Origin: a virus
Taxonomy: Duplodnaviria > Caudoviricetes
Direction: 5' to 3' (one strand)
Virus record (IMG/VR): IMGVR_UViG_3300023260_000001
Span: 1-42,441 of that record
Length of the DNA stretch: 42,441 nt
Shown: positions 27,111 to 36,553 of the stretch, piece after piece
Layout: each line of letters begins with the position of its first letter
Position numbering within the stretch: position 1 is the stretch's first letter
Made by a program: the position numbers and the translations under genes
Notes under the pieces: model-generated
Told to the model about the DNA's origin: nothing
Seen by the model: only the letters and a program-made list of their open reading frames with translations
The model's database searches: none

Positions 27111-29926
27111 GCTATTTCGACCTCGACCCGCGCGCTGATGCAGACACGCTGACATGGGCGCTGGAGAACCCGGCCGCTACACCTGGTCCGGGTTTCTTCG
27201 ATGGAAGTCTGACGGCGGTTCCGAAGGGTTTGTGGTCTGGCATCGTCGCGAAGCCTGGTCTGCTGATCGGCGATGCTGCGGACGTGACGCTGACACCGAT
27301 CGCGAAGAAGATCGACGAGATGTTCGGCGGGACAACGGCAGTTGATTGGCTGGCTGCAGACAAACAGAAGCGCATCAACATGGTCCAGAACGTCATGCCT
27401 GACGCGCGCGTTGGCATGGGTGGTCAGTTGCTGTTCGGTGCCGGTGACGTGCTGCCAGGCGCGATTGCAGGAACCGTGCTCGGGGGGCCTGCTGGTGGCG
27501 CTGCTGTGGTCGGCACCACGCAAGGCTATGCCGAGTCCGTGATGGCGCAGCAGAAGGGCGTCGATGAACTGACCGCGCTCGGGCAGGGGGCGATCACTGG
27601 CGTCACGCAAGCGGCAGGCGTGCTGATACCCGGAAGCGTCGGCGCCAACGTTCTGAAATCGGTTGGCGTTGGCGTGGTCGGTAACGTCGGGCTTGGCATG
27701 GCACAACGGGCCGCGACGGGTCAGTTGCTTGAGCGCCGCGGCTATGCCGAACTCGCGAAGCAGTACCAGACGTTCGATCTCGAATCGATGGCCGTCGATG
27801 CTGTTCTTGGTGGCGCGTTCGGCGTGATCGGAGCGAAGTTCCACAAGCCAGGCGAAGCGCCTGCACCGTCGCCGGCCGATATCATCCCGCAGCCTGTGAT
27901 CGACTCGGCGCTCGCTGCTAATGCCGTGCGTCACGTCGATGAGGGCATCGCGCCAGGCGTCCCGGTCGATCCGATCTCGCAGGCATCCCACACGAAAGCG
28001 GTTAACAAGGCTGTCGGCGACCTGATGGCTGACCGGCCTGTGGATATCTCAGGCACAGGCATCGACGAGGCCGGTTTCGTACCGGTTCGCAGCGAGACGC
28101 GCGCGGCTGTCACGGCAGCGCTCGATGACCTGCATCCGCTACGTCAAGCGCTCGACGATGTCGAAGCACTGCGCGCTGAGGTGAAAGCGCTCGGCCTAGA
28201 GGCGCCGGATGAGCCGCTGCTGACGGGCCGCACGCTGCCCGATGCGCCGCCTGTCGGTGCTGGCCGGCGTGGTGAGGTGTTCGTCGGTGATCGTCCAGAG
28301 CCGGTGACGTTCCGCATCGTCGAGGCCGACAGCCTGGCGCCGCAGATCGGCAAGGCTGAGAACCAGTTTCGTGACCGCGATCGTGCCGCGGCGCAGATGC
28401 AGGTATCGAAGATCGCCAACGACCTGCAGTTCGGCCGGCTTGCGGATGCGCCGACGATGGCCGATGGCGCTCCAACGCTGGCGAAGGATGTCCGGATTGT
28501 GGGCGGCAATGGCCGCGTCCGTGCTGTGCAGCAGGCGTATGAGCAGGGCGGTGCGGATAACTACCGCGAGCAACTGACCGCCCGTGCTGCAGAGTTCGGC
28601 GTCGATCCTGCGGCCGTGCAGGGCATGCAGAAGCCGGTGTTGATCCGCGAGTTCGAGAATGACGTGAATGTGCGCCAGGCGGCAATCCTGTCGAACGAGG
28701 GCGGCGGGCTCCGCATGTCGGCGCTTGAGCAGGCGAAGGTAGATGCCGAACGGATGCCGGCGCTGCGCAGCCTGGACGTTCCGGAGAATGGCGATCTCGG
28801 TTCCGCCGGTGCGCGTGATTTCCTACGCCGCTGGATGGCGAACATGTCGATCGAGCAGCAGGCCGGACTGGTCGGATCGGACGGCAGGTTGTCAGCTGAA
28901 GGCCTGCACCGGGCCCGCAATGCGATTATGTATCACGCCTATGGTGACTCGCCGACGCTGTCACGGCTGATCGAGTCGGCCGACGAGGCACAAAAGAACG
29001 TCGCGAATGCGCTGGTGAAAGCCGCGGCGAATGTCGCCGATGCACGACAGGCGATGGAGCTCGGCGATCTGCATGACCGCGATATTCAGCCGCAACTGCT
29101 GCAGGCTGTGGATAAGTTTCAGGAAATCCGCGCAACAGGGCAGTCGGTCGACGAGTTCGTGAATCAAGGCGACATGTTCGGCAACGGCATCGGCCCGGAA
29201 GCGACGGCGCTGATGCGGTACTTCGAGGCGAACAAGCGCTCGACGAAGGCGCTGGCCGAGGCGATCAACGGCTACTACGACGCGGTTCGTGCGCTCGGTG
29301 ATCCGAAGCAGGTATCGATGTTCGCAGCCGATGCGCCGAGCCGTGCTGAGATATTGACGGCAGTTCTGAAGGGCGAAGAAGTCCGCAGACCCGCCGGCGA
29401 AGTCGCAGAAATCCGCAGTTCTGTCGAGAAGATCGACATGCCGGTATTCGAAGGCGGGCCGACCGGAGAGCGCCACACCTACACGGCGCACATGCCGGAC
29501 GGGCAGGAGATCGGCAAGGTCGCGTTTAATATTTACCGAGACGGCACGGCAGTTCCGGAGCAGGTCGACGTGCTGCCTCCATTCCGGCGCCAAGGCGTAG
29601 CGTCAAAGCTGTATCAGACAGCCGAGGCTGACGGACTGAAGATCGTTCCGTCAGAGCACCAGAGCGTTGAGGGTAAGGCGTTCTCCGACGCGCGGCTGGC
29701 TCGTAAGGAATCTGCCCGCACCGGTGAAGCTCCGGTCGAACCCAGCGCCACCGAGGCCACCGTCGCGCAAGTCTTCGAGAGCACGCCGAACGCCAAGCTT
29801 GTGAATGAGACCGGCGACATCGAGACCGGGCAGTGGGAACTTGCCAAGGCTGACGCTAAAATCGCAACGGCAGAGACTGACGCAGCTGGCTATGATGCCG
29901 CCGTCGCCTGCTTTCTCAGAGGGTAA
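27107..29926 (+). CDS. Internal virion protein with DdrB-like ParB domain and GNAT-like domain (polyvalent protein)
   Basis: Hydrophobic Gly-rich N-terminus; NQFRDRDRAA...GAP...VGGNGRV...KPVLIR; VDVLPPFRRQGVASKLY; ends AAVACFLRG. Confidence 0.8.
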   Translation: MSYFDLDPRADADTLTWALENPAATPGPGFFDGSLTAVPKGLWSGIVAKPGLLIGDAADVTLTPIAKKIDEMFGGTTAVDWLAADKQKRINMVQNVMPDARVGMGGQLLFGAGDVLPGAIAGTVLGGPAGGAAVVGTTQGYAESVMAQQKGVDELTALGQGAITGVTQAAGVLIPGSVGANVLKSVGVGVVGNVGLGMAQRAATGQLLERRGYAELAKQYQTFDLESMAVDAVLGGAFGVIGAKFHKPGEAPAPSPADIIPQPVIDSALAANAVRHVDEGIAPGVPVDPISQASHTKAVNKAVGDLMADRPVDISGTGIDEAGFVPVRSETRAAVTAALDDLHPLRQALDDVEALRAEVKALGLEAPDEPLLTGRTLPDAPPVGAGRRGEVFVGDRPEPVTFRIVEADSLAPQIGKAENQFRDRDRAAAQMQVSKIANDLQFGRLADAPTMADGAPTLAKDVRIVGGNGRVRAVQQAYEQGGADNYREQLTARAAEFGVDPAAVQGMQKPVLIREFENDVNVRQAAILSNEGGGLRMSALEQAKVDAERMPALRSLDVPENGDLGSAGARDFLRRWMANMSIEQQAGLVGSDGRLSAEGLHRARNAIMYHAYGDSPTLSRLIESADEAQKNVANALVKAAANVADARQAMELGDLHDRDIQPQLLQAVDKFQEIRATGQSVDEFVNQGDMFGNGIGPEATALMRYFEANKRSTKALAEAINGYYDAVRALGDPKQVSMFAADAPSRAEILTAVLKGEEVRRPAGEVAEIRSSVEKIDMPVFEGGPTGERHTYTAHMPDGQEIGKVAFNIYRDGTAVPEQVDVLPPFRRQGVASKLYQTAEADGLKIVPSEHQSVEGKAFSDARLARKESARTGEAPVEPSATEATVAQVFESTPNAKLVNETGDIETGQWELAKADAKIATAETDAAGYDAAVACFLRG

Positions 29927-29929
29927 GTC

Positions 29930-30142
29930 ATGCGCGCAATAATTATTGAAGAAGACCGGTTCACTGATCTGACCGACGCGCTGCGGCTGCACGAATCCGA
30001 TGCACGTAGCGACAACACGGCGGAACGCCTGAATTGGCCACTGGATATTTGGCATGAGGCGCTGAATCAAGCGCGCCGTGAGATGCATTTTGAGTTCGTC
30101 CGCTGGGCACAAAGCCACGGCGCTTCTTGCGTCAAGAAATAG
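29930..30142 (+). CDS. Hypothetical protein inserted between ejection genes
   Basis: 70 aa, GAGGG RBS. Confidence 0.65.
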   Translation: MRAIIIEEDRFTDLTDALRLHESDARSDNTAERLNWPLDIWHEALNQARREMHFEFVRWAQSHGASCVKK

Positions 30143-30154
30143 ATAGGGCAACCC

Positions 30155-32704
30155 ATGCGCGAAAGATGCATCAACGCCGTCCAGAAGGCCGCAGGCCGCG
30201 AGCTGACACAAGCCGAGGTCAAGGACATCGAGGACCGGATTGCGCGCAACCAGCGCCAGCTAGCGCGGCAGGACCCGCAGGCATGGCAGAAGCTGACCGA
30301 GAGCCAGCAGATGCAGCGCGCCGCCGATGCGTCCGTGACAGAGATGATCCGCGAGGCAGAGCAACAGAAGTTCCGGCTGCAGCGCATGATCGAGGTGAAG
30401 GACAAGCTCGATCGCGAGACCGGCCCGTGGGAAGGCGGCCGGCTCGACGCGATGAAGCGCAAGATCGCCGCGGTGACGGATGGAAAGGGCTCGTTCCGAT
30501 CAATCGAGACGCTATCAACGTCGATCCGCTCCGATGCGCTGCGGCGTTTGCAGGACGTGTTCGACGCGCTCGACCCGCGCATGCTCGGCCTGTTTGAGAA
30601 CAACGACGGCGTGATCGGATTCACCCGCGCGTTGTTCGGCCAGACGGAAGGCATCGATCCGAAGATCGTGAAGGCGGCGGAGGGATGGCTTGAGGTCGCC
30701 AACGGCATGCGCGAGACGTTCAACGGGCTCGGCGGGAAGATCGGCAAGCTCGAAAACTGGGCGATGCCGCAGACACACTCGCAGATGCGGATTGCCAAGG
30801 CCGGCCAGCAGAAGTGGATGGACGACGTCCGCCCGCTGATCGATCGCACGAAGTACGTGAACACGGACGGCACGTATTACTCGGCGAACCAGATCGAGGC
30901 GTTCCTGCGCGAGTCGTGGGAAACGCTGGCGACAAACGGGCTGAACACGATGGAGCCTGGGCAGGTCGGCAACTCGATGATGGCGAACCGGCATGCGGCG
31001 CACCGTGAGATTCACTTCAAGGGGCCGGACGAGTGGCTGAAGTATCACACGGACTATTCCGGCCAGCCGATGCTGAAAACCATGGTCGACCACCTCAGCT
31101 CGATGGCGCGCGATACGGCGATGGTGGAAGAATTTGGCCCGAACCCAGACCGGATGTTCGAGTACCTGCGCGATCAGGGCATCAAGGAAGCGGCGACGGT
31201 CGATCCGAAGAATCTCGGTCGCTACCAGACGCAGGGCGTCAAGCTCGACAATCTCTGGAAGTTCATGAGCGGGCAGGAGCAGCCGGTCGCGCGTGAATGG
31301 CTGGCGCGGCTCAGTGATAGCACGCGGAATTTCCTGGTATCGACGCGGCTTGGTTCGGCGGTTATTTCATCGCTCGCCGACGAGGGCACGATGGCGATCA
31401 CGGCGCATGTGAATAACATGAGTTACATGCAGGTGTTCGCCAACGAACTGCGCGGAATGAACCTCGCTAATGCAGAGGAACTGCGCCAGGCGCGTCGGGC
31501 TGGGCTCGCCATGGAAACAATGCTCGGCGACATGAACCGCTGGGGTCAGGACAATCTCGGATCGACCGTCACATCGAAGATGGCGCACTTCACCATGCGC
31601 GCGTCGGGAATGAACGCGATCACCGATATCCGCCGGCGGGCATTCGGCGTGACGATGATGGACTCGATCGGGCATCTGACACGCAACGTCGATGCGCTGG
31701 GCAAGCTCGACGAGCACGACAACCGGATGCTGCTGTCGAAAGGCGTCACGGAAACAGACTGGCAAGTCTGGCGCGCGGCATCGCCGGAGCAGTGGGGCGA
31801 CGTGAATCACTCTGTCCTGACACCGGATGCGATCTATGCGATTCCGGATGAGCAACTGTCGCACCTGGTTCCTGACTTGGCAACGCGCGGCGAGTCTGGC
31901 GAGACGCTGAAGGTCGCGACCGATCGCCTGCGCCGTGATGCGGCTCTGCGTTTGATTGGTGCTGTCGGCGAAGAGATCGACATGGCCGTCGTCACGCCAA
32001 AGGGCATCGAACGCGAAATGCTCGGCGGTGGCAGCCAGCGCGGCACATGGAAGGGCGAACTGGCTCGGTCAGTCTGGCTGTTCAAGACGACGCCGATCGC
32101 GGTGGTCTATCGCCACTGGAAGCGCGGCCTGGCGATGGAAACGAACGGCGGCAAGGTCGCTTATATCTCGGCGCTGGTGGCTGCGACGACGGTCATGGGC
32201 GCATTCACTATGCAGGTCAAGGAACTGATCGCAGGGCGTGATCCGCGCAACCTGAACCCGATGTCCGACCATGGCGTCAAGAACTGGGTCAACGCGTTCC
32301 TGCAGGGCGGCTCGTTCGGCATCTACGGCGACTTCTTGTTCTCGAACGTGACGCGGCACGAGACGTCGCCGCTGGCAGCGTTCCTCGGACCAGTGGCTGG
32401 CATGGCTGAGCAGCTGCTGGCGCTGACGCAGGGCAACATCGTCCAATCGATGCAGGGCAAGGATACGAAGTGGCAGGCCGAGCTCGTGCGCTTTGGCCGA
32501 TCGAACATCCCGATGGCGAATCTCTGGTATGCCAAGGCCGGCCTCGACCACCTGATATTCAACGACCTGCAGGAATATGTCTCGCCTGGCTACATGGCAA
32601 AGATGAAGCGCCGCATGCAGCAGGACTACGGCGCGTCCTATTTTTGGGACCCACAGTCAGACAAAGTGCGGGCTCCGGACGTCGGGAGAATGGTCCGTCA
32701 CTAG
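30155..32704 (+). CDS. Large internal virion (ejection) protein
   Basis: MRERCINAVQKAAGRELT, NWAMPQTHS, QGGSFGIYGDFLF, PMANLWY; epsilon15/BPP-1-like. Confidence 0.85.
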   Translation: MRERCINAVQKAAGRELTQAEVKDIEDRIARNQRQLARQDPQAWQKLTESQQMQRAADASVTEMIREAEQQKFRLQRMIEVKDKLDRETGPWEGGRLDAMKRKIAAVTDGKGSFRSIETLSTSIRSDALRRLQDVFDALDPRMLGLFENNDGVIGFTRALFGQTEGIDPKIVKAAEGWLEVANGMRETFNGLGGKIGKLENWAMPQTHSQMRIAKAGQQKWMDDVRPLIDRTKYVNTDGTYYSANQIEAFLRESWETLATNGLNTMEPGQVGNSMMANRHAAHREIHFKGPDEWLKYHTDYSGQPMLKTMVDHLSSMARDTAMVEEFGPNPDRMFEYLRDQGIKEAATVDPKNLGRYQTQGVKLDNLWKFMSGQEQPVAREWLARLSDSTRNFLVSTRLGSAVISSLADEGTMAITAHVNNMSYMQVFANELRGMNLANAEELRQARRAGLAMETMLGDMNRWGQDNLGSTVTSKMAHFTMRASGMNAITDIRRRAFGVTMMDSIGHLTRNVDALGKLDEHDNRMLLSKGVTETDWQVWRAASPEQWGDVNHSVLTPDAIYAIPDEQLSHLVPDLATRGESGETLKVATDRLRRDAALRLIGAVGEEIDMAVVTPKGIEREMLGGGSQRGTWKGELARSVWLFKTTPIAVVYRHWKRGLAMETNGGKVAYISALVAATTVMGAFTMQVKELIAGRDPRNLNPMSDHGVKNWVNAFLQGGSFGIYGDFLFSNVTRHETSPLAAFLGPVAGMAEQLLALTQGNIVQSMQGKDTKWQAELVRFGRSNIPMANLWYAKAGLDHLIFNDLQEYVSPGYMAKMKRRMQQDYGASYFWDPQSDKVRAPDVGRMVRH

Positions 32705-32770
32705 GTCTGTTGCGTTGTTGTAATCGCACAACAGGCTTAGAATTCCGCAAACCTTTATAAGGGGCGCGCC

Positions 32771-34963
32771 TTGACCGTCGAATCCACAATCAACAAGTCC
32801 GGGCCCTATGCCGGCGCCGGCAGCGTCGGGCCCTACACGGTCGGCTTTCGCTTTCTCGATCAGACGCATCTGCGGGTTATCAAGACCGTTGATGACGTCG
32901 ATGCGAACCTTTCCCTGGCTACAGATTACAGCGTGGCAGGCGTCGGTAATCCCACCGGATCTGTGACGCTGGTGGCGCCGCTCGCTACCGGCGAAAAACT
33001 GACGATCATCCGCAATGTCCCGGCTACGCAGGAAGCCGACTACGTACAGAACGACGCATTCCCTGCTGAGTCGCACGAAGCTGCGCTAGACAAGCTGACG
33101 ATGCTTGTGCAGCAGATGGATGAAACCATCAGCCGTTCGCTGACGCTTCCGCCATCGACTTCGTCATCGGTTAGTACACAACTTCCGCCTCCAGAGGCGA
33201 ACTTCGTCATCGGATGGAACGAAGCAGAAGACGCGCTTATCAACGTCGACCCTGCATCGTTCGCGACGATTGTCGCCTATGGGACGACAGCCTCAGACCT
33301 GTTCAGTGGCAACGGCGCACAGACGGCATTCACGCTCACGCACGACCCTGCATCCGTCAACAACATGGACGTTGCTGTCGGCGGCGTAACGCAGCGGCCT
33401 GGCCTCGATTACACGTGGTCGAGCGGAACGACGATGACGTTCACGACGGCGCCTCCTGCTGGCACAAACAACATTCTTGTGCGGTATCAGCTTGCGCTTC
33501 CGATAGGTTCATCGGACTCATCATCTTCACTGTTCATACAGTCTGGCGCTGGCGCTGTCGTGCGCACGGCACAAGACAAGATGCGCGAGTCATTCAGTGT
33601 CAAGGATTTTGGCGCCATAGGCGATGGCGTGGCAAATGACACCGCTGCAGTCTCAGCGACTATCGCAGCAGCTATTGCATCTGGGTCGAAGGGGGTGTAC
33701 GCGCCAGCGGGTGTTTACAAACTAACGGCGCCGATTAGCGCAGCACTTAGCGGCCTTCAGCAACTCACCATTACCGGTGATGGCTCAGACGCTACCGAAT
33801 TCCGATTTGTTGGCGCAGCTAACGGGTTTGCTTTTACGGCAGCGGCTGGAAACTGGTGGCTCAATGTGTCGCCAGGGAACGGCTTCAAGTTTGAAGGGTT
33901 CTCTGTTACTACGGATAACGTAGCTAGCGGCACCGGGTTTGCCGTAAATGGTGGATGCGTAACCGGGCGTCCGGCAAGAAAAACAACTTTTACTGACGTG
34001 ACGTTTCGCGGGGCTTCGGATTTTTCCCACTCATGGGCAACGCACACTCAGCTCACAGATTGTGGTGGAGTGTGGTTCAACAGCTGCCGGTGGCTGATTG
34101 GCGGATCGGGGAATCTAACCAATGTTGGCGTCAATATCGTTGGAACGCCATCAGGGAATCCTTCAGGTTATTTCTTCAATCATTGCGAAGCTTTCTACGG
34201 CGCGACATGGATCACAGCTGGAAACAATGTCGAGGGAATTTATCTAACCCAATGCGCCCATGTTGCCGGCGCTCGCGCAATGGTATGGACGGCGACTGCG
34301 GAGTCCGGGCTGCATGTTATTGGTGGGCACTACAACAATACCATCGTGAACTTTGCGCTAAACGGTGTGTTTGATTATGAGATCGTTGGCGCGCTTCTGT
34401 ACTGCGATGGGCATGGGGCCTCATTCACATTTATTACCGCGCAGAATGGTGGACAGGGAACTATTGTTGGGAATGCGTTCGTCGGTCAGAACTCAGGTTC
34501 GGAACTCGGCGTTCTGATTGACAACACCGCCGGCGGCGCGAGATACGGCATTACTGTCGGCGACAATTCATTCGGAAACATTGCAGGATACGGCGTACAG
34601 CTTGGCGCCAATGCGAAGTACGTTACAGTCGGAACCAACGGATACAACGCCTGTTCTTCTGGCGACGTAAACAATCTCGGCACGAACAACCTTGTAGCAA
34701 AGCGTCGGCTAGCCTTCACAACCGTTATTACTATGACAGGTGGTTCGCCGTCAGAGGTCGTAAATATTACATTGCCAGCAGGCATATTCATTGCGAAGCC
34801 TTCTGCAGCAAGCATTACAGGGACTGGGACGGGGATTATCGGCTTCTATGACTACGATAGCGGATCATCAACTTCCACGAATTTGCGCGTGACGATGCGA
34901 GACATAAACGCGTCTGCGATATCCGCAGGAGCGACGCGTTTTTCGGTGATCGTTGATGCGTGA
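32771..34963 (+). CDS. Tail fibre/tailspike with beta-helix receptor-binding domain
   Basis: T7-fibre-like N-terminus (HEAALDKLTMLVQQ), SVKDFGAIGDGVANDTAA, Gly/Asn/Thr-rich beta-helix; TTG start. Confidence 0.9.
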   Translation: MTVESTINKSGPYAGAGSVGPYTVGFRFLDQTHLRVIKTVDDVDANLSLATDYSVAGVGNPTGSVTLVAPLATGEKLTIIRNVPATQEADYVQNDAFPAESHEAALDKLTMLVQQMDETISRSLTLPPSTSSSVSTQLPPPEANFVIGWNEAEDALINVDPASFATIVAYGTTASDLFSGNGAQTAFTLTHDPASVNNMDVAVGGVTQRPGLDYTWSSGTTMTFTTAPPAGTNNILVRYQLALPIGSSDSSSSLFIQSGAGAVVRTAQDKMRESFSVKDFGAIGDGVANDTAAVSATIAAAIASGSKGVYAPAGVYKLTAPISAALSGLQQLTITGDGSDATEFRFVGAANGFAFTAAAGNWWLNVSPGNGFKFEGFSVTTDNVASGTGFAVNGGCVTGRPARKTTFTDVTFRGASDFSHSWATHTQLTDCGGVWFNSCRWLIGGSGNLTNVGVNIVGTPSGNPSGYFFNHCEAFYGATWITAGNNVEGIYLTQCAHVAGARAMVWTATAESGLHVIGGHYNNTIVNFALNGVFDYEIVGALLYCDGHGASFTFITAQNGGQGTIVGNAFVGQNSGSELGVLIDNTAGGARYGITVGDNSFGNIAGYGVQLGANAKYVTVGTNGYNACSSGDVNNLGTNNLVAKRRLAFTTVITMTGGSPSEVVNITLPAGIFIAKPSAASITGTGTGIIGFYDYDSGSSTSTNLRVTMRDINASAISAGATRFSVIVDA

Positions 34964-34975
34964 CGGACGATAAGC

Positions 34976-35293
34976 ATGACAGAACCAATCTCAACTGGCC
35001 TCGGCATCAAACTCGCCTCTCTGGTCGGTGGCGCCATCGGCTCGGCGATTACTCTGGCGAACCTGCCGAAAATGGGCACATGGCAGCGCCTGGTAGCGTA
35101 TGGCACAGGAGTTGCTGCTGCAGCGTACATTCCACCGTTCGCGAGCTATTTCATGGGACTGCCTCCACTGTTAGATGGACCGATGGGCTTTGTCGCAGGC
35201 ACAGCCGGGATGGGATTGGTCAGTGCAATTATCCAGTTCGGTGCAGATCCTATCGGCGCATGGCGAAAGATCAAAAGCAGGGAGGCGCAATGA
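34976..35293 (+). CDS. Putative holin
   Basis: Three hydrophobic segments, basic C-terminus, upstream of the endolysin. Confidence 0.75.
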   Translation: MTEPISTGLGIKLASLVGGAIGSAITLANLPKMGTWQRLVAYGTGVAAAAYIPPFASYFMGLPPLLDGPMGFVAGTAGMGLVSAIIQFGADPIGAWRKIKSREAQ

Positions 35294-35607
35294 TGGAAGC
35301 TCTCTCCATGATCTTCACCGTTGTCTGCGCAGGGTTCGTGCTGCTGCGTATTCTGTGCGTGCTTGACAACATGAGCCCGCGTACACGGTGGCCGATACAG
35401 TGGGTCTATGCGCTTGAATCCGGCGGCGTTGTCGCCGTGGCTGCGCAGTCTCTATCCGGCGATGCGCCGAACTGGAGCACGCTGATCCTGCTCGCCGGCG
35501 TAACGCTTTCGCACCTGGTCGACAGTCGGTTGTTCCCGCCTCGGATGCTTAGGAAAATCCACCGCGGCCGGCGCCATGATGACGCTGAACTGGCGGGGAA
35601 GCGGTGA
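35290..35607 (+). CDS. Second holin/antiholin-like membrane protein
   Basis: MMEALSMIFTVVCAGFVLL...; about three hydrophobic segments; GGAGG RBS; ATGA overlap. Confidence 0.7.
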   Translation: MMEALSMIFTVVCAGFVLLRILCVLDNMSPRTRWPIQWVYALESGGVVAVAAQSLSGDAPNWSTLILLAGVTLSHLVDSRLFPPRMLRKIHRGRRHDDAELAGKR

Positions 35608-36023
35608 TCGATAAGACTGCAATGCGGGCTGAACTGTCTCGCGATGAAGGACGGAAGAAGCGGATTTATACCGACACAGTCGGCAAGATCACCGGCGGTG
35701 TCGGCCGGAATTTGTCGGATCGTGATTTTTCCGACGACGAAATAGACCTGATGCTGAACAATGACATCGCGATGTCAGAAGCTGATCTTGATCGCGTCGC
35801 ACCGTGGTGGCGGAAGATGAACGATGTGCGCCAGCGCGTGCTGCTGAACATGCACTTCAACATGGGCTGGGGAACGCTGTCGATGTTCAAGAATACGCTG
35901 TCGGCGATGCAGGTTGGTGAATACGCAAAGGCAGCTGATGGCATGCTGGCAAGCCACTGGGCGCAGCAGGTTGGCCAGCGTGCGGTACATCTGGCGAAGA
36001 TGATGCGGACGGGCGAGGCGTGA
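35604..36023 (+). CDS. Endolysin, T4-lysozyme-like (GH24)
   Basis: E-x8-D-x5-T triad in DEGRKKRIYTDTVGKIT; NMHFNMG; SHWAQQVGQRA. Confidence 0.92.
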   Translation: MIDKTAMRAELSRDEGRKKRIYTDTVGKITGGVGRNLSDRDFSDDEIDLMLNNDIAMSEADLDRVAPWWRKMNDVRQRVLLNMHFNMGWGTLSMFKNTLSAMQVGEYAKAADGMLASHWAQQVGQRAVHLAKMMRTGEA

Positions 36024-36538
36024 TCTGGCTCGAGTTAGCCCGCCGTTTTGCGCTGCCCTTGGCCATACTTGCGGCTGTTGCTGCTGGCTTGTTATTTGCG
36101 CATCACCGCGGATATGCGGAAGCTGAAGCTGAGTGGCAGTCGAAGTGGTCGGCACAGGCGATCGAGCAGGCTAAGGCACTGGATACGGAGCGCCAGAAGG
36201 CTGCTGCAATCAGGTCAGAGAATGATCGCCTCACCGCGAAAATTGATTCACAGCATGAGGCACTTCAAAATGCTCAAGCGAACAACGAAACACTGCGCCG
36301 CGATCTGGCTGCTGGCGCTGTGCGCGTGCGCTTCTCCGCTGCCGTCTCCAACCGTGATCGCACCGGCACCAAGAATCCCGCCGCCACCAGCATGGACGAT
36401 GGAAAGACAGGATGCGAACTTGACGGTACGACTGCGCAGTCTTTGGTCGGAATTGCCAGCGACGGCGACAGTGCCATCCGCAAACTGAACGCGCTGCAGG
36501 ACTACGTGTCGGACGTTGTACTTAAAACATGCGGCTGA
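36020..36538 (+). CDS. Rz: Inner-membrane spanin
   Basis: N-terminal TM, coiled coil, GDSAIRKLNALQDYV. Confidence 0.88.
   Translation: MIWLELARRFALPLAILAAVAAGLLFAHHRGYAEAEAEWQSKWSAQAIEQAKALDTERQKAAAIRSENDRLTAKIDSQHEALQNAQANNETLRRDLAAGAVRVRFSAAVSNRDRTGTKNPAATSMDDGKTGCELDGTTAQSLVGIASDGDSAIRKLNALQDYVSDVVLKTCG
36270..36488 (+). CDS. Rz1: Outer-membrane spanin lipoprotein embedded in Rz (+1 frame)
   Basis: MLKRTTKHCAAIWLLALCAC lipobox, then Pro-rich PAPRIPPPPAWTM. Confidence 0.85.
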   Translation: MLKRTTKHCAAIWLLALCACASPLPSPTVIAPAPRIPPPPAWTMERQDANLTVRLRSLWSELPATATVPSAN

Positions 36539-36553
36539 ACACCGGAGACTGCC

